From NCBI GenBank assembly GCA_003990765.1, contig RBNJ01000128.1, positions 1 through 40,072 of the forward strand: a DNA stretch of 40,072 bases, read 5' to 3'. Under the pieces are notes generated by a model, which was not told the origin of the DNA, did no database searches, and saw only the letters and a list, made by a program, of their open reading frames with translations. Origin of the DNA: Jimgerdemannia flammicorona (taxonomy: Eukaryota). Shown one piece after another: positions 24,283 to 37,900 of this stretch. The position numbers were made by a program, and so were the translations under genes. How positions within the stretch are numbered: the stretch's first letter is position 1; each line of letters begins with the position of its first letter.

Positions 24283-27200
24283 GATATTTCTTGAGTCAGT
24301 TTTGGTGAATGGTAGTGGGGATTATTATGCCTGAGGGTTTTCATAGCCAAAAGGTGGTCCCTTTTATATCTTGCACAAGGTAAGGTCCTTCCCACTTGGG
24401 CTCCAGTTTTTGTGACCATGAAGCTTCTACCATATTCTGATACACTAGGACTTTGTCTCCTATCTTAATAATCTCCAAGGGTTTGTGGGTCTTTTCCACA
24501 TTCCTCCATTATAGTGTCTGCGCCTTGGTTATGTAATCCTCAGCCTTCTTCCTGATTTGGTGTAGTCTCTGTATTTCTATGTCCACATGTTTCCATACAG
24601 CATCTCCATTGGATGATAGGGTTTCCTGAGAACAGTCTTCTCTGAATAGCATTTCTCAAGGGGTAAAGTGGGTACTTTGTGATTGGATATCCCAGAGAGC
24701 AGATAATGCTATTGGCAGATAGTGATCCCAGTTCTCATAGTTATCGCAGATCTTGGCAATAATGTTCTTGAGAGTTTTGTTGGTCCTTTCTACTTGTCCG
24801 TTTCCTTGAGGGTGATATGCTGTGGTCTGAATATACTAGATCTTATACTTCTTATAGAGAACTTCGAAGAACTGGTTCACAAATTCTGTTCCTCTATCTG
24901 TAGTTACTTGTGTTGGAGTCTTGAACTGGCAGATGATTTCTTTGTGGAAGAAATTGGCGATTGACTGTGCATTGGCTTCCATAAGGGGTCCTGCTTCTAT
25001 CTATTTTGTAAAAAGGTCTATGATGATAATGATGTATCGGTTGCCAGTCAAAGTCAAGGGTAGAGGGCCGATTATGTACATCCATTGCAATGTGAGCGAA
25101 TGGTACTGGTTCTATGTGTGCTGATCCTGGGGCTTGATTGCATTGGTCTTGTTTCTGTTTCTGGCATTTGTCACAGGTCTTGATGAATTGTCTGATATCT
25201 TCCTCCATTCCTGGCCACTATATTGTTCTTCTTGCCTTGTCATATGTATTCGTTCCTCCTAGATGGCCAAGTTCGTGTACTGATTTCATTGTTTGCTCCT
25301 TCTTGTGTTCTGGTATGACTAGTAGTTTTTCTTTCTTCAGTGTTTCTCCATCAGTTTCAAATTGTTTCTATGTTCTGTTGATAATCATTTGTATCCATTC
25401 TTCCAGATATTGGGGCATCTTTCGCTGTCCCAGGTATGTGATAATTCCATAGTAGAGCTTCTTATTCATGATTGATTTGTTGGTTGGAGGTAGTTCGGGG
25501 TGTCCATGAGAGGGCATCTGCATTGGCATTGGTTCTTCCAGAGTAGTGTATGATAGTTACATCATAAGCTTGCAACTTCATTATCCATCTGGCATAGATT
25601 CCTTTGGGTTGTCCAGTTGTCAGTAGCCAGGTGAGAGCTGAGTAGTCCATTTGGATGGTGAAGTATCTTCCAGCCAAGTAGTAGTGGAACTTTTCTACAG
25701 CCCAGATGACTGCGAGGTATTCCAACTTGTAGGATTCATATTCTTTTTCAGCTCCTCGGGTTCCGTGACTGAGGTATGCAATGACATACTCTACCTTATC
25801 TTTCTTTTGAGCCAGGACTGCTCCTAGTCTTTGTACACTTGTATCAGTCTGTAGGATGAATTCTTGAGTCCAGTCAGGTCTTCTGAGGATGGGTGCTTGG
25901 GTCAGTCTGACCTTGAGTTCATCAAATGCTTTTTGTTGTCTACCAGTCCACTGGAACTTGGTATCCTTCTTGTTAAGTTTGTAGATTGGTCTTGCAATAT
26001 TAGAGAATCCTCTAATAAATCTGTGATAGTAGGAGGCAAGTCCCATGAAGGCTTGGGCTTCTGTAACAGTGGTGGGTCTTGGGTATGCTGCCACTGCTTG
26101 TATCTTGAGGGAGTCCATGTGTGTTCTATCTCGGTTGATGATGTGGCTGAGATAGGAGATCTCGATTTCTGTGAATTTGCATTTTTTGGACTTGATATAT
26201 AGGCCATGCTTTCTCAGTCTTTCCATTATCTACCAGATGTGCTGCAGGTGTTCTTCTGGTGTCTGGCTGTAGATTATTACATCATCAACATAGACCATCA
26301 TCCATCTTTCCATGTCATAGCAGAAGATCTTGTTCATCATTCGCTGGAAACTTGCTGGTGCATTGCACATTCCAAATGGTATACATAGATAGACATAGGT
26401 TTCATCTGGGGTGATGAAAGCTGACTTTTCACTTACCATGTCTGTGAGTCCAATTTGGTAGAATCCCGTATATAAGTCCAAAGTGCTATAGTACTGTGCT
26501 TCATCTCCCAGTATTATGAGGATGTCATTGATGAGGGGCAGTGGTTGGCGATCCTTCTTGGTAACCATGTTGAGCTTTCTGTAGTCAACACAGAGTCTTG
26601 GGGTGAATTCTCCAGGCTTGCTGCCCTTTTTCAGGGCTAGTACAACAGGTGAGGACCAGGGGCTGCTGGCTTCTTTAATGATGCCGGCTTCTTCCATCTG
26701 CTTGATTTCTTCTCTGAGCCATTCTTGGTAGGCTGGTGGGACAGGTCTTGCCTTTTGATAAATTGGTTCAGTATTTCCAGTATCTACTTCATGATAACAG
26801 TGTGGGGTCTTTTCTTTGATATCCTTGAAATCTGTGGCAAGAATATCTTCGAATTCATGGAGTATTTTCTTGAGTTCTTTCTTGAGTGGAAATTTATTTC
26901 CGATAGTGTAGCTGTGCTTGCTTGTGTTTTCCTCCTTCTTATGCTCGAGTTTGGTGATCTTGGTGCTGGCAAATACTCCTCTTTCTATAGATCCAAATCC
27001 TTTCTTTCTTCTTTTCGTTTCTTCCAGCTTCTTAACTTCTATGATCTTTGGTTGTAGGATTGGAAAGATCAACATTTGTGCCAATCGGTCCTTCTTCTTG
27101 ACTGGAAATGGAATTGTAGGATTGTGATTCCTAGCAATAAGTAGAATTTCTCCAGTATAGTCTGAATCGATGACTCCTCCTTCAATTGTGATTTTGCTTC

Positions 27201-28100
27201 TGGCCAGACTGCTTCTTGTCTTGAGAATCCCGACATGATCCTTTGGGATAGTCATCTCCATTCCAGTTGCAAGTAGGGTGGTTGTCTGGGGTTCCAGTAT
27301 AGTCTCTTCTACTGTAGTGATGTCAATTCTGGCTGTGTTTTCTGACTTATATTCTGGCAAGACTGCATCAGGGTGGATCTTTCGAATCTTGACCTTGATT
27401 TCTTCTTCATCATCACTGTCCTTCAGGAGGGCTGGTGGTTCATCATCTTCCTCCTTCTCTTCTTCTCTGATCTGTTTTTTGAGAGCTTTCTGCCTTCTTT
27501 CCTAGTGGATCTTCTTGGTTCTGATGGTGCATTGGTAGCAATCATTGACATGCTCCATACATTACATCTTGATCCCATGAGGACAGACTCCTTGTGGGGC
27601 ATAATCTTCTGCGATCTTCTTGCACCATTCTTCTTTACTTATCTATCCAATTTTCTTCTTCTTTGGAGTAGTCACCATATAAGCTTCCTCTTGCTCTCTC
27701 TCTTCTTCCTCCATATTGGACAGGACTCCTTTGTTGACATTGATGAGAATCTGTATCTTCTGTCCCCAGTAGGTGATCTGTATCTTCTGGGTATTGAGAT
27801 CGATTACTGCTTTGGCTTTGTGAAGCCATTGATTGCTGATGAGGATATCATAGTTGGTGGCATTGGTTACAATTACACTGGGATGGTTGCTCCTCCAATC
27901 TTGATGGGAACATCTTGGATCTTTCCCAGAGATGTGGCTCTTGTGCCATTGGCTGTAACGAACACCAGCTTAGTTGCATCTTCCACATCCCAACCTAGGC
28001 AGTCTGCTGCCTTCTTGCTGAGGAGACATCCTCCTGCTCCCGTATCAATGATGGCTTCAAAGACTCTATCTTCAATTTGGTATGTTGCATAAGCAGAGGT
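24275..28100 (-). pseudogene. pol: pol of element B (PR, dUTPase, RT, RNase H, integrase), with premature stops and frameshifts
   Basis: PR AIIDTGAG (~28040). RT LCVDYRKLN, LDLYTGFYQI, PFGMCNAPASFQ and YVDDV. RNase H LQTDTS, LEYLAVIWAVEKF and NANADALS. IN HELGHLG..CDKCQ, IAMDV, GQVERTNKTLK and GPY motif KWEGPYL. In-frame stops at 26227-26229 and 25462-25464 look like CAG/CAA>TAG/TAA. Confidence 0.92.
26984..27399 (-). CDS. dut: dUTPase domain in element B between PR and RT
   Basis: KVKIRKIHPDAVLPEYKSENTARIDI, KTRSSLA, GGVIDSDYTGEI, DRLAQML and RRKKGFGS correspond to dUTPase motifs I-V, in frame with RT. Confidence 0.93.
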
Positions 28101-29446
28101 TTTGCGATTGTCCTTGCTTTCTTCTCCTGAGTCCTCTTGAACATTATTGGCCTCAGTTATCTTCCATCCTTGTTCCTTAGTTGTTTCAGCAAGTCCAAAC
28201 CTCATTTGCTGTCTGAATGTTGGGATTTCTGTGAGCTGACCAAAGGTTGCATTGACCTTTTATTGACTGAGGTCAAGATATCATACTTGAAGGTCTTGGT
28301 CTTGCAAAGCTTCTTTTCTTTTTCTCCTTCACTGGCTGGAGTGGTTCCTCAGATAATATCTTAAACTGCTTGCTCCAGCTCCATATCTTGGTCCATCTCT
28401 TCAGCTTGGCTTTTGGTGGCCGTTTCCATCTGCTTTTCCACTGGGTTCTTCTTGGGTCTTCCTGGCGGTCTCTTGTAGGGTTCTTTGCGAACATCCTTCT
28501 TAGTGGTCTGAGCAGGATAGACCTCCCATTCCTCTTCATCAGATTCTCCAATTTCTTCAAAGGTGATTATATTGGCCTGCTCCTTGTTTCATGTAGTATT
28601 GCTTGGTTGAGCCTTGCGCTTGGTTTCACTCATGTATTCATAGGAGTAGTGGCCTTCTTCTCCACAGCTGTAGCAGGTATCTTTCTTCTTGTCTGAGGTG
28701 GTGGCAAACTTCTGAACAGGGCAGCAGTCTCTTCCTCAAATTTCCTTTACCACATCTCCCAGGTGGGCTGTCATTTTGGCAAACCTTTTGGTAAGTTCCT
28801 CCATAGGGTCACTGTTCTTTTGCTGCTCTGTAACTTTTGGCTGAGGTGTGTTTCGATTGATCATTGTGGTAGGGATCATACTAGTTGCCTTGGGTGCTTC
28901 GATTCTAACTCCTGTAACTCTCTCTATTATATGGTCTTGTGGGTGTCTGGCTATTCAGTATTGCTGAGCATAGGTGACCTTCTGTGGCAGATCCAGAATC
29001 ACTGATGATGAGCAGATGGCCATGGCTATTTCTGGATGGACTCCTTTCATGAAGATTGCTTCAGCTACTTGATCTCAAATGGCAGCAGCATAATCTGCAA
29101 GGATTATCTGATATCGAATTCTGGTATAGAATGTGTTTGGATCCTCACTCATTCCTTGGCATGTTGTATTGAGCTGATCCTTCAGGGCTTGCTTGATCTC
29201 ATCTATATAATATGTATTTCAGAGCCAGGTCTTCTGTGCTGTCAGTATAGCATTGGTATCATTTCCTGCATGGGTTGTGGATGTGAATACTGCTCTGGCA
29301 GGACCTCGTAGGCTGAAGGGCATGAGGGCTACTTGCTGTGCTGCTGTCAGGATCCTTACAGCAGCATATTGCTTGAAATCATCAATGAAGGTGATGATTG
29401 ATTCATCTGAGGTATATCCATGGAATACTGGTGGTCTCATATCCAT
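28100..29446 (-). pseudogene. gag: gag of element B
   Basis: MDMRPPVFHGYTSDESIITFIDDFKQYAAVR...SLRGPARAVF at the N-terminus. The CCHC knuckle TCYSCGEEGHYSYEY lies at ~28630-28680. Confidence 0.85.
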
Positions 29447-29544
29447 CTTGTTCTTGGTATTGTAGTTTGGTTTGTATGGTTGTTTGGGTAGTGGTGGTTG
29501 TTCGTTGTTCAGCTTGAAAGTGAGGGATTCATCTTGAATCATCA

Positions 29545-29559
29545 GCCAATGGGCACCAA
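29545..29559 (-). promoter_or_regulatory. Putative tRNA primer binding site of element B
   Basis: ttggtgcccattggc starts 2 nt after the 5' LTR. Its TGG could pair with a tRNA CCA end; the tRNA identity was not determined. Confidence 0.55.
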
Positions 29560-29561
29560 GT

Positions 29562-30028
29562 TGTAACATAGCAGATGTTTACTCTTGAAAGTATGTCAGA
29601 TTTCTGTATCTTGAATACTTGACTGTTCTGACTCTTGCAGAGTCTCTTGAAGTTGCAGGGGAGAGTGGGTGAGTTTGAAGTGTATCTGCCCACAGGCTTA
29701 CTAGTTCCTTTGTTATCTCTTTGCTTTGAACTATTTCGATCTGAGGTTTATTCACTCGAAGATGCTGGGTTATTTATACAAGTTTACTAGCTATGAGATG
29801 GTTACTGGGTTATATGGCTAAGTTATGAGTCATTTAACACTTTGCGAAGTATTTCGCCAGTTGCGAAATGCTATACTATATCGAGAAGCTCGATCTCACA
29901 CTTTGCAAAATATTTAGCAAATGGCGGAATCGAGGACTGCTAACTATGTGGCTATACCACTTTGGGACTAGGTGCGATCAAGTGTCTGTTCCCTATTTCC
30001 TTCTTCCGAATCTGGCTATACCATCACA
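29562..30028 (-). repeat. 5' LTR of element B (467 bp)
   Basis: TGT...ACA on the + strand; direct repeat of 23328-23783. Confidence 0.95.
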
Positions 30029-30437
30029 ATATCTAGGATACATTGTCTCAGCAAATAGTATTACTATTTACTCTAAAAATATTGAAGCAATCTATAACTG
30101 ACCTATTCTAAAAACTCTCAAGTTTCTATGAAAATTTAATAGATTAGCTAGATACTATTAAGATTTATTCAAAGATATTTAATCTTTTATAAGCCTTTGT
30201 AAGAAGGGAATAAATATCAAAAAAGAATAAACAGAAGAATGCATTATAGCAATAAATATCCTCAAGAGAATGCTAACTGATATACTAATCCTGATTAGCC
30301 CAGACTCTACAGAACTTTTCACAGTTACTATAGATATCTTAAATATTATTATTAGAGCTATATTGACTCAGTATAAATACCTAGTTGCATATCTATCTCA
30401 GAAACTAAATAAGTATAAAAAGAACTATACAATATAG
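30029..30437 (+). mobile_element. Old Ty3/gypsy RT thumb / RNase H fragment, right of element B
   Basis: LGYIVSANSITIYSKNIEAIYN*PILKT...RLARYY*RFIQ...FTVTIDI...AILTQYKYLVAYLSQKLNKYKKNYTI. Confidence 0.8.
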
Positions 30438-33400
30438 ACCTTTCTCAGCTATTGCTTAGATTATATAAAGAAATATACTAAGATCATATTATTGATTTGA
30501 AGTTCTGAGAAGTATGCTGGACAGAGTAACTCTAGTATATTCAACTAGCAGCATGTAGAGAGGAGTCATAGCTTGAGTGTGGGCCTCTTGGACTCTTGTT
30601 CAGATGGATGTAGGGGTGGCAGAAGTGGGAGGCTGGGTACTGGTAATCCTAGGGCTGAGAGAATGAGCTTTATAAATAAGATCAAAGCTGGGGATCAGTT
30701 GGTAGGATTGGATGGATGGCTGAGAAGAGAGAAGAGAAAGACACCAGGTAAAGGGTCTGGAGGAGCTGTGCTGAGGGACCATGAGGGCAGGGCTAGAGGA
30801 ATAGCAGTGGGCAAAGAGAGAGAGACTACTGATGGAAGAGTAACTATTAATCTGAAAAAAAAAATCCAGATATGATGGCTGATAAAAGAGCAGAACAAGG
30901 GAGTGATATAAGGTCTGAGGATTTAGCTGATAGTGTAACAGGCTTGATGGCAGCACTATTACTCAAGAAATCAATATCTCTGAATTTGCTATTATACTGT
31001 ATTTCTGAAGCTTAATAGTTATAGCAAAACTGGTTCTGAGATTGCTGGCTCAGGAGATTAAAGAGGCAGTCTTAGTGAAGTTTCTGAAGAGGCTCAAGAG
31101 GGTTGAGATAGGCTTTGAGGAGAAGGATTTGATGCTGAAGATACTGGAAAAGAAGAGAGTGATCAGTGGAGTAACAGTCTTTATAATAAGGTATCTGCAG
31201 TAGGACCCTTGAGTGGTTTAGCTAGTGGTGGTGAATATTCCTACAGTAAGGAAGAAAGAGACAAGAAAGCTGATTGTTGATGCTGTGAAGCAGTATGAGA
31301 ATATTGTAGATATCAGCTTCTGAGTTTGGGAGAGAACTGAGTTCCAAATAGGTAATATAGACATCTGGATAAGATTGGCAGGAAAGGAGATCATGAAAAA
31401 AGTTAGGGACTGACCAATAGCACTAAAGTGGAGCCCTATTGAGTATAAGATATCAAGAGTGAAGGGGATGCTAGAGAAGGAGGAGAATTTACTAAAGATT
31501 TTAGAGGATCTAGCTAAGGTGGTAGAGAAGAGACAGATGGCATAGAAGAAGTTTGAGACTAGAACAGTGATAGAGATTATAAATGGCAAGAGGGTACATC
31601 TGAACCAAGCTGTATTAGAGAAGAATAAGAGTAGACAGCAGCAGAAGGATCTGTTGGTAAATTTGAAAAGAGAACTGAAGATAGTAGTAAATATAGCAGT
31701 AATTGGTTTAAGGACCAGTATCTGGGCTAGAGAATCAGAGGGGCTATAGAGAGAGAGTTCAGTAGAGGGAGAGATATAAGAGGAGAGTTCTATGGTCAAA
31801 GATGAGGTGATGGCAGATGAGGCTCTGATACAGTATGGAGTTCTGTCTGTAGAGAGAGAGGATGAGCTGTAGGATATACTTGAGGAGGACTGAGATGAGT
31901 TAGTGAGGATAAGTACAGAGAGAAGACAAGAGATGGAAAAGCCAGGGCTGGTCCCAGGAGAGGAGAAGGAGATTAGAGGTGAGCACTAGCTCTGAAAGGT
32001 ACTGATAAATATTACTACTGATGAGTTAGAGAGAGTGGACTTCTAGATGATCAGTAAGATATACTGGAGAAATGTTTTGAGAAAAGAAGAGATAGTATAC
32101 AAGTTGTAGGATGAGTTGATGGTAGCTTTACTGGAGGCAGAGAAGTATGAAGTAGATGAGAATAGAGCGGCTATACTGTTGGATATTATAAATAGACATA
32201 TAACTTATCTGTGAGGACTAGGGAAGAGGCTGGCAAAATGGCAGGTGATATATAATAAGTATCAGTCAGCCATAGAGGTGCAGAATGGGGAAGACTATTT
32301 AGAAGTATTAGTAGCTCTGGATGCCTAGCAGAAAGTAGAAGTTGATATCAAGACTGAGAGAAATCTGAATTTAACTATTGATATAGTGAGTATGAAATTA
32401 TAGAATAGGAAGAACTTTATAAATATTATTCAACATGAATATGTGGCAGTGTAGTAGGGCAGAGTAGATATCCTAGTTTATAAAGGAAAGAGGGACATTG
32501 TGAACATTGGACACTAAGGAGAGAGGATAGTATGAGAAACTTAAAGGAGATAGAGTTGAGACTCAGTTGTAGTTGGGTCTTGTTACTACTTAGCTGAAAG
32601 AAGGGTCTGAGTAGAGTGGATAAGTAGACTAAAGGACTCAGGCATACTGGTGGAGACTGGGGTAGACTGTCTAGGTGAGGACTTCAATATGGTACATAAT
32701 AGCAGAGTAGATAGTTAGGAGAGAGCTGTCAGAAAGAGTGAAGGACTGGATTGCTGAGAGGAGATTGAGAGACTTAGCTCTTTGATAGATGCTGACAGAC
32801 AGAAGTGAGATGATTTCAGAGTATACACATATTGGATAGATGGGCTTGACTTGAGGATTAACTGGATCCTAATAGCTGAGTGTTGGGGAGATAATATCTG
32901 AGAGTTATTGGAGACTAAATGATACCTATAGTCAGATCATTGAGGTCTCCTGAGAAGTGGAAGTTTGGAGGGTATGTAGAGAGATCTGAACATTAGTACT
33001 TAAACTCATCTTTGTTAAATAAGCCCTTATTGTAAGCCTCCTGGATTGTAGATATTGAGTCTAGGATTCTTGTCTAGAGGGAGAGTGGTCTGATAATTGA
33101 AGATCAGTAGAGAAGGCTGAAGTCTAATGCTCAGCAGTTCTAGAGAGAGGCCAGGAGACTCCAGAGTACTCAGAGGAAAGGACATATGTAGTGGGCCTCA
33201 TGTCAGCTAGAAAGACTTCTGAGTCTACTGGAGGATGTGAAGGTGGAAGATTAGAGGATTCAGTATATCCAGCTGGAAGTGATAGAACTACAGAGTCTAC
33301 TGAGAAGAGAGGCAGATATATAGGTACAGAGTATAGTGGCCAGGCTGAGGTGGTAAGATCTGGAGAAAGAGAAATAGCTAACTAAGTTTCTATCAAGACT

Positions 33401-34980
33401 TTATGCTAAGAGAGTGAGACAATATTAGGATAGTATGTTAGATGAGAAAAGAGAGCCAGTTGTGAGAACTCAGGATATTTTGGACTAATTGAGCAAAAGA
33501 TAAAGACTACTATAGAGTGAGAAGAAGGGTAGAGAGAATGTGCAGACTATTGAGCATTATCTGGAGAACTGGTATCTGGATTCAGCAGAGAGTCTGAGTA
33601 TACTAGAGATATCTATACAAGGGTAGGAGATTCTACAGATCCTAGCAGGAACTAAGCTTAAGATGGCTTCCAGTGATAATGGTTTATCCTGGGACTTCTA
33701 AAAGAGAATAGCTGAAGTAGAGATAGTGCTGAGAGAAATATTACAGAGATTATTGACTCTAGTAGATAGATTGTTAGACAGTATATAAGCCTAGTGGCTC
33801 TACTGTATAAGGATAAAGAGAGATGAGAGGAGTATAGAAATTAAAGGCTAATAATACTTCTAGATATAGATTACAAACTAATTATGAAGATTATTATTAC
33901 CCAGTTGCAGGAAGTGGCTCAGAGAGTATTAGGAGAAGAACAATACAGCTTTGTTAATAGTCAACTAATTCAAGATGGGATAATCTGGATCTATGAAGTT
34001 ATTGAAGAGGCCAGAGCCATGAGGGTGGATAGATAACTGGTGTTTTTGAATTAGGAGAAGGCTTATGACAGGGTGTAGAGAATATAGCTGAATAGGGTAC
34101 TGAAACATATTAGTGTCCCTTCAGACTTTCAATAGTCCTTAGTCAGTTTGTTAGAGAGGAGTAGAGCAGCTATTCTGGTTAATAAATATAGGAGAGTATT
34201 TTTTCCCCTGGGTAGAGAGGTGACACAGAGAGAACTATTATCACCTATTCTCTATGTCCTCTCTTTAGAGCTATTACTAGACTGAATCTGATACAAAGTG
34301 AGAGAATTGTCAATTTTGGGAGTAAATTAGAAGGTGGGTATCTTTGCTGATAATATAGTAATTAGGTTGGGCTCTGTAGAGGATGTGGCTCCTTGAAGAG
34401 AGCTGTGGAATAATATGAGAAATGCTCAGAGATGAAGCTCAACTGTTATAAATAAGAGACTCTGATACTTGAGGATAGGATTTTGGGTAGAGATATCATT
34501 AGAGCAATTGTTCTAGCAGAGGAGGTGATACAGTATTTGGAAATTTACTTCTCAGTATATAGTTTATTGTTATCTAGGATATAGTGGGAGCAGAAGCTAG
34601 TAGAGTAGAGAAATGCTCTCCTAGGCTAGGGAGGCCAATATATATAATTAGTAGAGAGAATTATAATGCTAAATATATACTGGCTGCCTAAGCTATAGTA
34701 TCTGAGATACTATCTAGATTCTCTGCATAAGTAGTAAAAAAGCTTCTGAAGATAACAGATCTTAGATTTGAGCTAGACAGTATAGTTAAATTAGTTGAGA
34801 AGTACTAGTACTGTTAGTAGGTCAGGGGGAACTTGACCTTATTAATTTCATAAAGTAGTTATATTATTTGAGAGCATGGTAACTAAAGTAAGCTTGTGAG
34901 CTAAAGGGTCAAAGCTGAGTATCTCTTATGTAGAAGATATGGAAGGCAAGGTTCTCTCTCCAGGCTCTCTAGGTGGCATT
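30438..34980 (+). mobile_element. L1-like LINE copy 2 (5' end present, 3' end interrupted)
   Basis: It starts acctttctc like copy 1, and ORF1 is colinear. ORF2 ATG is at ~32435 with a deletion in the APE N-terminus. RT motifs FLN*EKAYDRV, ELLSPILY and IFADNI are present. Confidence 0.88.
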
Positions 34981-37900
34981 ATCTTTCTCTACTACTATTT
35001 ATATAATACAAACTTCAAAACACACTTTTGAACAGTTTATTAGAGAAAGATACTAAGGTCATGGCAACCAATAAGCAAGCTGATACACATACTAGGTCAG
35101 GTAGACCTAGAGCCTTCAACTGGCAATATATCAGATAAGAGTATAGATTAGGGATGAGAGCTTTTGGTGATCTGAGTGGGTAGAGCAGTTCAGGCAGAGA
35201 AGCAGCACTGGTGGAGGAATAGGAGGGTAAAAGGAGAGAAGCTTTGTGGATATGCTGAAGGATGAAGGATGGTCTGTTGGAGCTTGTGGAGTTCAGGCAG
35301 AGAAGAAGAGAAAGCAAAGAGAAGTAGAAGCAGGGGATTCAGCATCTCAGCTGGAGGGTAGAAGGGCTGATATAGCAGTAGCTGGGGGAAGGAGGGAGAC
35401 TACTGATGGTGCTATGACTGAGAATCTGGAAAAAAATCCAGATATAACTACTGATGGTAGGGCTAGACTGATGGAGCCAAAGAGAAAGGGAGACCTGGCT
35501 GATGGTATGACAGGGCTGACAGTGGTACCATTACTCAAGAAGTCAATTTCAGTATTTACAGTAACCTTGTACTTCTAGGGCTTAGCAGTGACAGTGAGGA
35601 TGGTCTTGGGGCTTATCTTAAAGCAAGTGGCTAGAGCTGTCTTGGTAAAGTTTCTAAAGAGTCTAGAGGGAGTGGAAGTGGGTTTTGAGGAGGTGAGACC
35701 ACTGGAGAAAGCATTGAAGACTGGAGTGGCTATAGGGAAGGTGGTGGTCTCTATGGTGTACTGTTTAAGGTGGGACCCCAGAGTGGTTCAGATACTAGAG
35801 AAGAGGGTGCCTATGGTGACAACAGTTGAGACGAGGAGGAGAGTTGAGAAGATGATGGCAGAGTATGGTGATGTGGTTGATATTAGGTTTCAGATGTGGG
35901 AGGAGACCACTTTAGGACTAGAGATGTTGATATCAGGATTTGGCTGGCTGAAAGAGAAGCCACTGGGAAGACAAGTGACTGGCCATCAGTAATATTATGG
36001 GGGGCCTTCATCTGTAAGGTATTGAGGGTGAAGAGGAGTGAATAGAAGGAGGAGGATCTTCTGGAAGCATTGGAGGAACTGAGAGAAGCTGTAGAATATC
36101 AGGCAAAAGCTTGGAAGACTTATGTAGATTTGATGCATTTGGAGATAGTGGAGGGGAAATATATCTGGATAGATAAGGGATAGTGAGAGAGGGTCCAAGG
36201 GAGGAAGCAGCAGAGAGAGCTGCTGGCTAGTATAAAGGAGAGTGCTGTCAAGGTGCTGAGTAGAGAAGGGGGGCTGGAGGGGGCAAAGGCAAGTGTATGG
36301 GCCAGTGGAGGAGAGGAGCTGAGAGAGGAAGATGTTCAGGCAGCCAGGAGAGCTTAGGATCAGGCACTGTATAATGATGGTGTACTGGAGGTTTTTGAGA
36401 ATGACAAGGATAGCAGGACACTGGCAGGCTCTGGAAAGAGACAAGGTAGTGAGGATGTTGAGATGAGGGGCACACAGAGGGTCAGGTTTGGGGTCCCTGA
36501 TGCTGAGATGGGAGGACAGACTGAAGGATCTAAAGAGGATGAGTTGGTGAATGTCTCAGATAGAGAGTGGGAAGAATCTGCCAGTGCAGAGATTGACATC
36601 TCTATGCTGGGTGAGGAAAGACCAGACACACCTGGGGGAAAAGATTTTAGAGATATGAGGTAGATGTGCCACATTATGCATAACTTGGTGGCTGAGGAGT
36701 TGAGTGAGGTAGACTTGAGAGTTATCAGTAAGAAGCACTGGGAGAGGGTACTGCAAGGAGATGGAGTGGTAGAGGCTCTCAGAGCTGAGGTATTGGCAAT
36801 CTTCATGGAGAAGAAGAGGTATGAGATTAACGAGGTAAGGGAGAAAGAGTTGGCAGTAGCTGCTGGAGAATGGGCTACTTTCTGATAGAAGCAGAGGAGG
36901 GGACTTCAATTGTGGCAGGGTGTGTGCCAGAAGTATAGAGATAAAATGAAAGAGAAGAAGGATGTGGAACTGGCTGACCTTCTAGCAGGATTGGAGATGA
37001 ATAAGTGAGTAAGTGTGGAGCCTACTGCAGAGCAAGGAACAGATCAGGCAAGAGAGGAGAGAAGGACTGACTTGTAAAAGAGATCTTTTATCTAAATATT
37101 ATTCTCAATGAATAGTATAAATAATATTTTTTCTCTGAATGTGAATGGGTTACAGGGCTCTGGGTGGTGCAAGAATATTTTTACTTGGCTTAAGAGATTG
37201 GAGGCTGATCTCTTTCTGCTGCAGGATATATAACATGAGGATGATTTGGATAGAGTGGAGTGGACTAGAGAATGGAGAGGGGCTGCAGTTTGAAGTGGTA
37301 AGGTGGCAATTCTGGTAAGGAGTGGTAAAGAGGATTTAGATGGAATCAGGAGCTGAGGAGACCATCTGGTTTGGGGGAAATAGAATCAACCTGGGTGGGA
37401 TCTGGTGAGAGTTGGCTCTTGTATTGCTCTACTGCTCAGAGGGAGCATATTGTATAGATCAAGGATTTGTTAGAGGAGGATACTCTCTTGGAGGATAGAG
37501 TAGATATTCTGGGTAGTGACTTTAATATAGTACAGGACATTCAGTTGGATAGAACTGATGGAGGGAGAAGTGCTGGTGGAAGAAGTGGGGGACTGGATGC
37601 ATGGAAGGAAGTAGAGAACCTTAGCTCCTTAGGAGATAGAGGCAGAACACTGTGGGGAGAAAAGAGGATCTACACATACTGGATGAATGGCCTAGGTATA
37701 AGGATTGACTGAATCCTGATGGCCAAATGTTGGGGCATAGATGTTTGGAGGAACTTGGAGGTTGAGTGGAGCCCATGGTCAGATCACTGGAGACTGTTAG
37801 AGCAGAGGCAGTTTGGGGGGAGTGGAGATGGACCTGGACATTGGTATCTTAACTTCTCCCTGCTGGCTGAGAAAGTATTGTGGGACCCTTGAGTGGAGGA

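Larger units (their letters stand above)
23328..30028 (-). mobile_element. Near-complete Ty3/gypsy LTR retrotransposon B (gag-PR-dUTPase-RT-RNaseH-IN-ORF3), 6.7 kb
   Basis: Two LTRs; ATAT duplicated at 23324-23327 and 30029-30032; PBS-like and PPT sites; all pol domains recognisable. Confidence 0.95.

Noticed and set aside
12374-27399. dUTPase as a direct defence against the observed C>T hypermutation
   Set aside because: dUTPase cleans the nucleotide pool and does not prevent deamination of C/5mC in DNA, and both elements were mutated anyway.
25864-29465. + strand ORFs (e.g. 27373-28092, 239 aa)
   Set aside because: Antisense shadows of gag-pol of element B.
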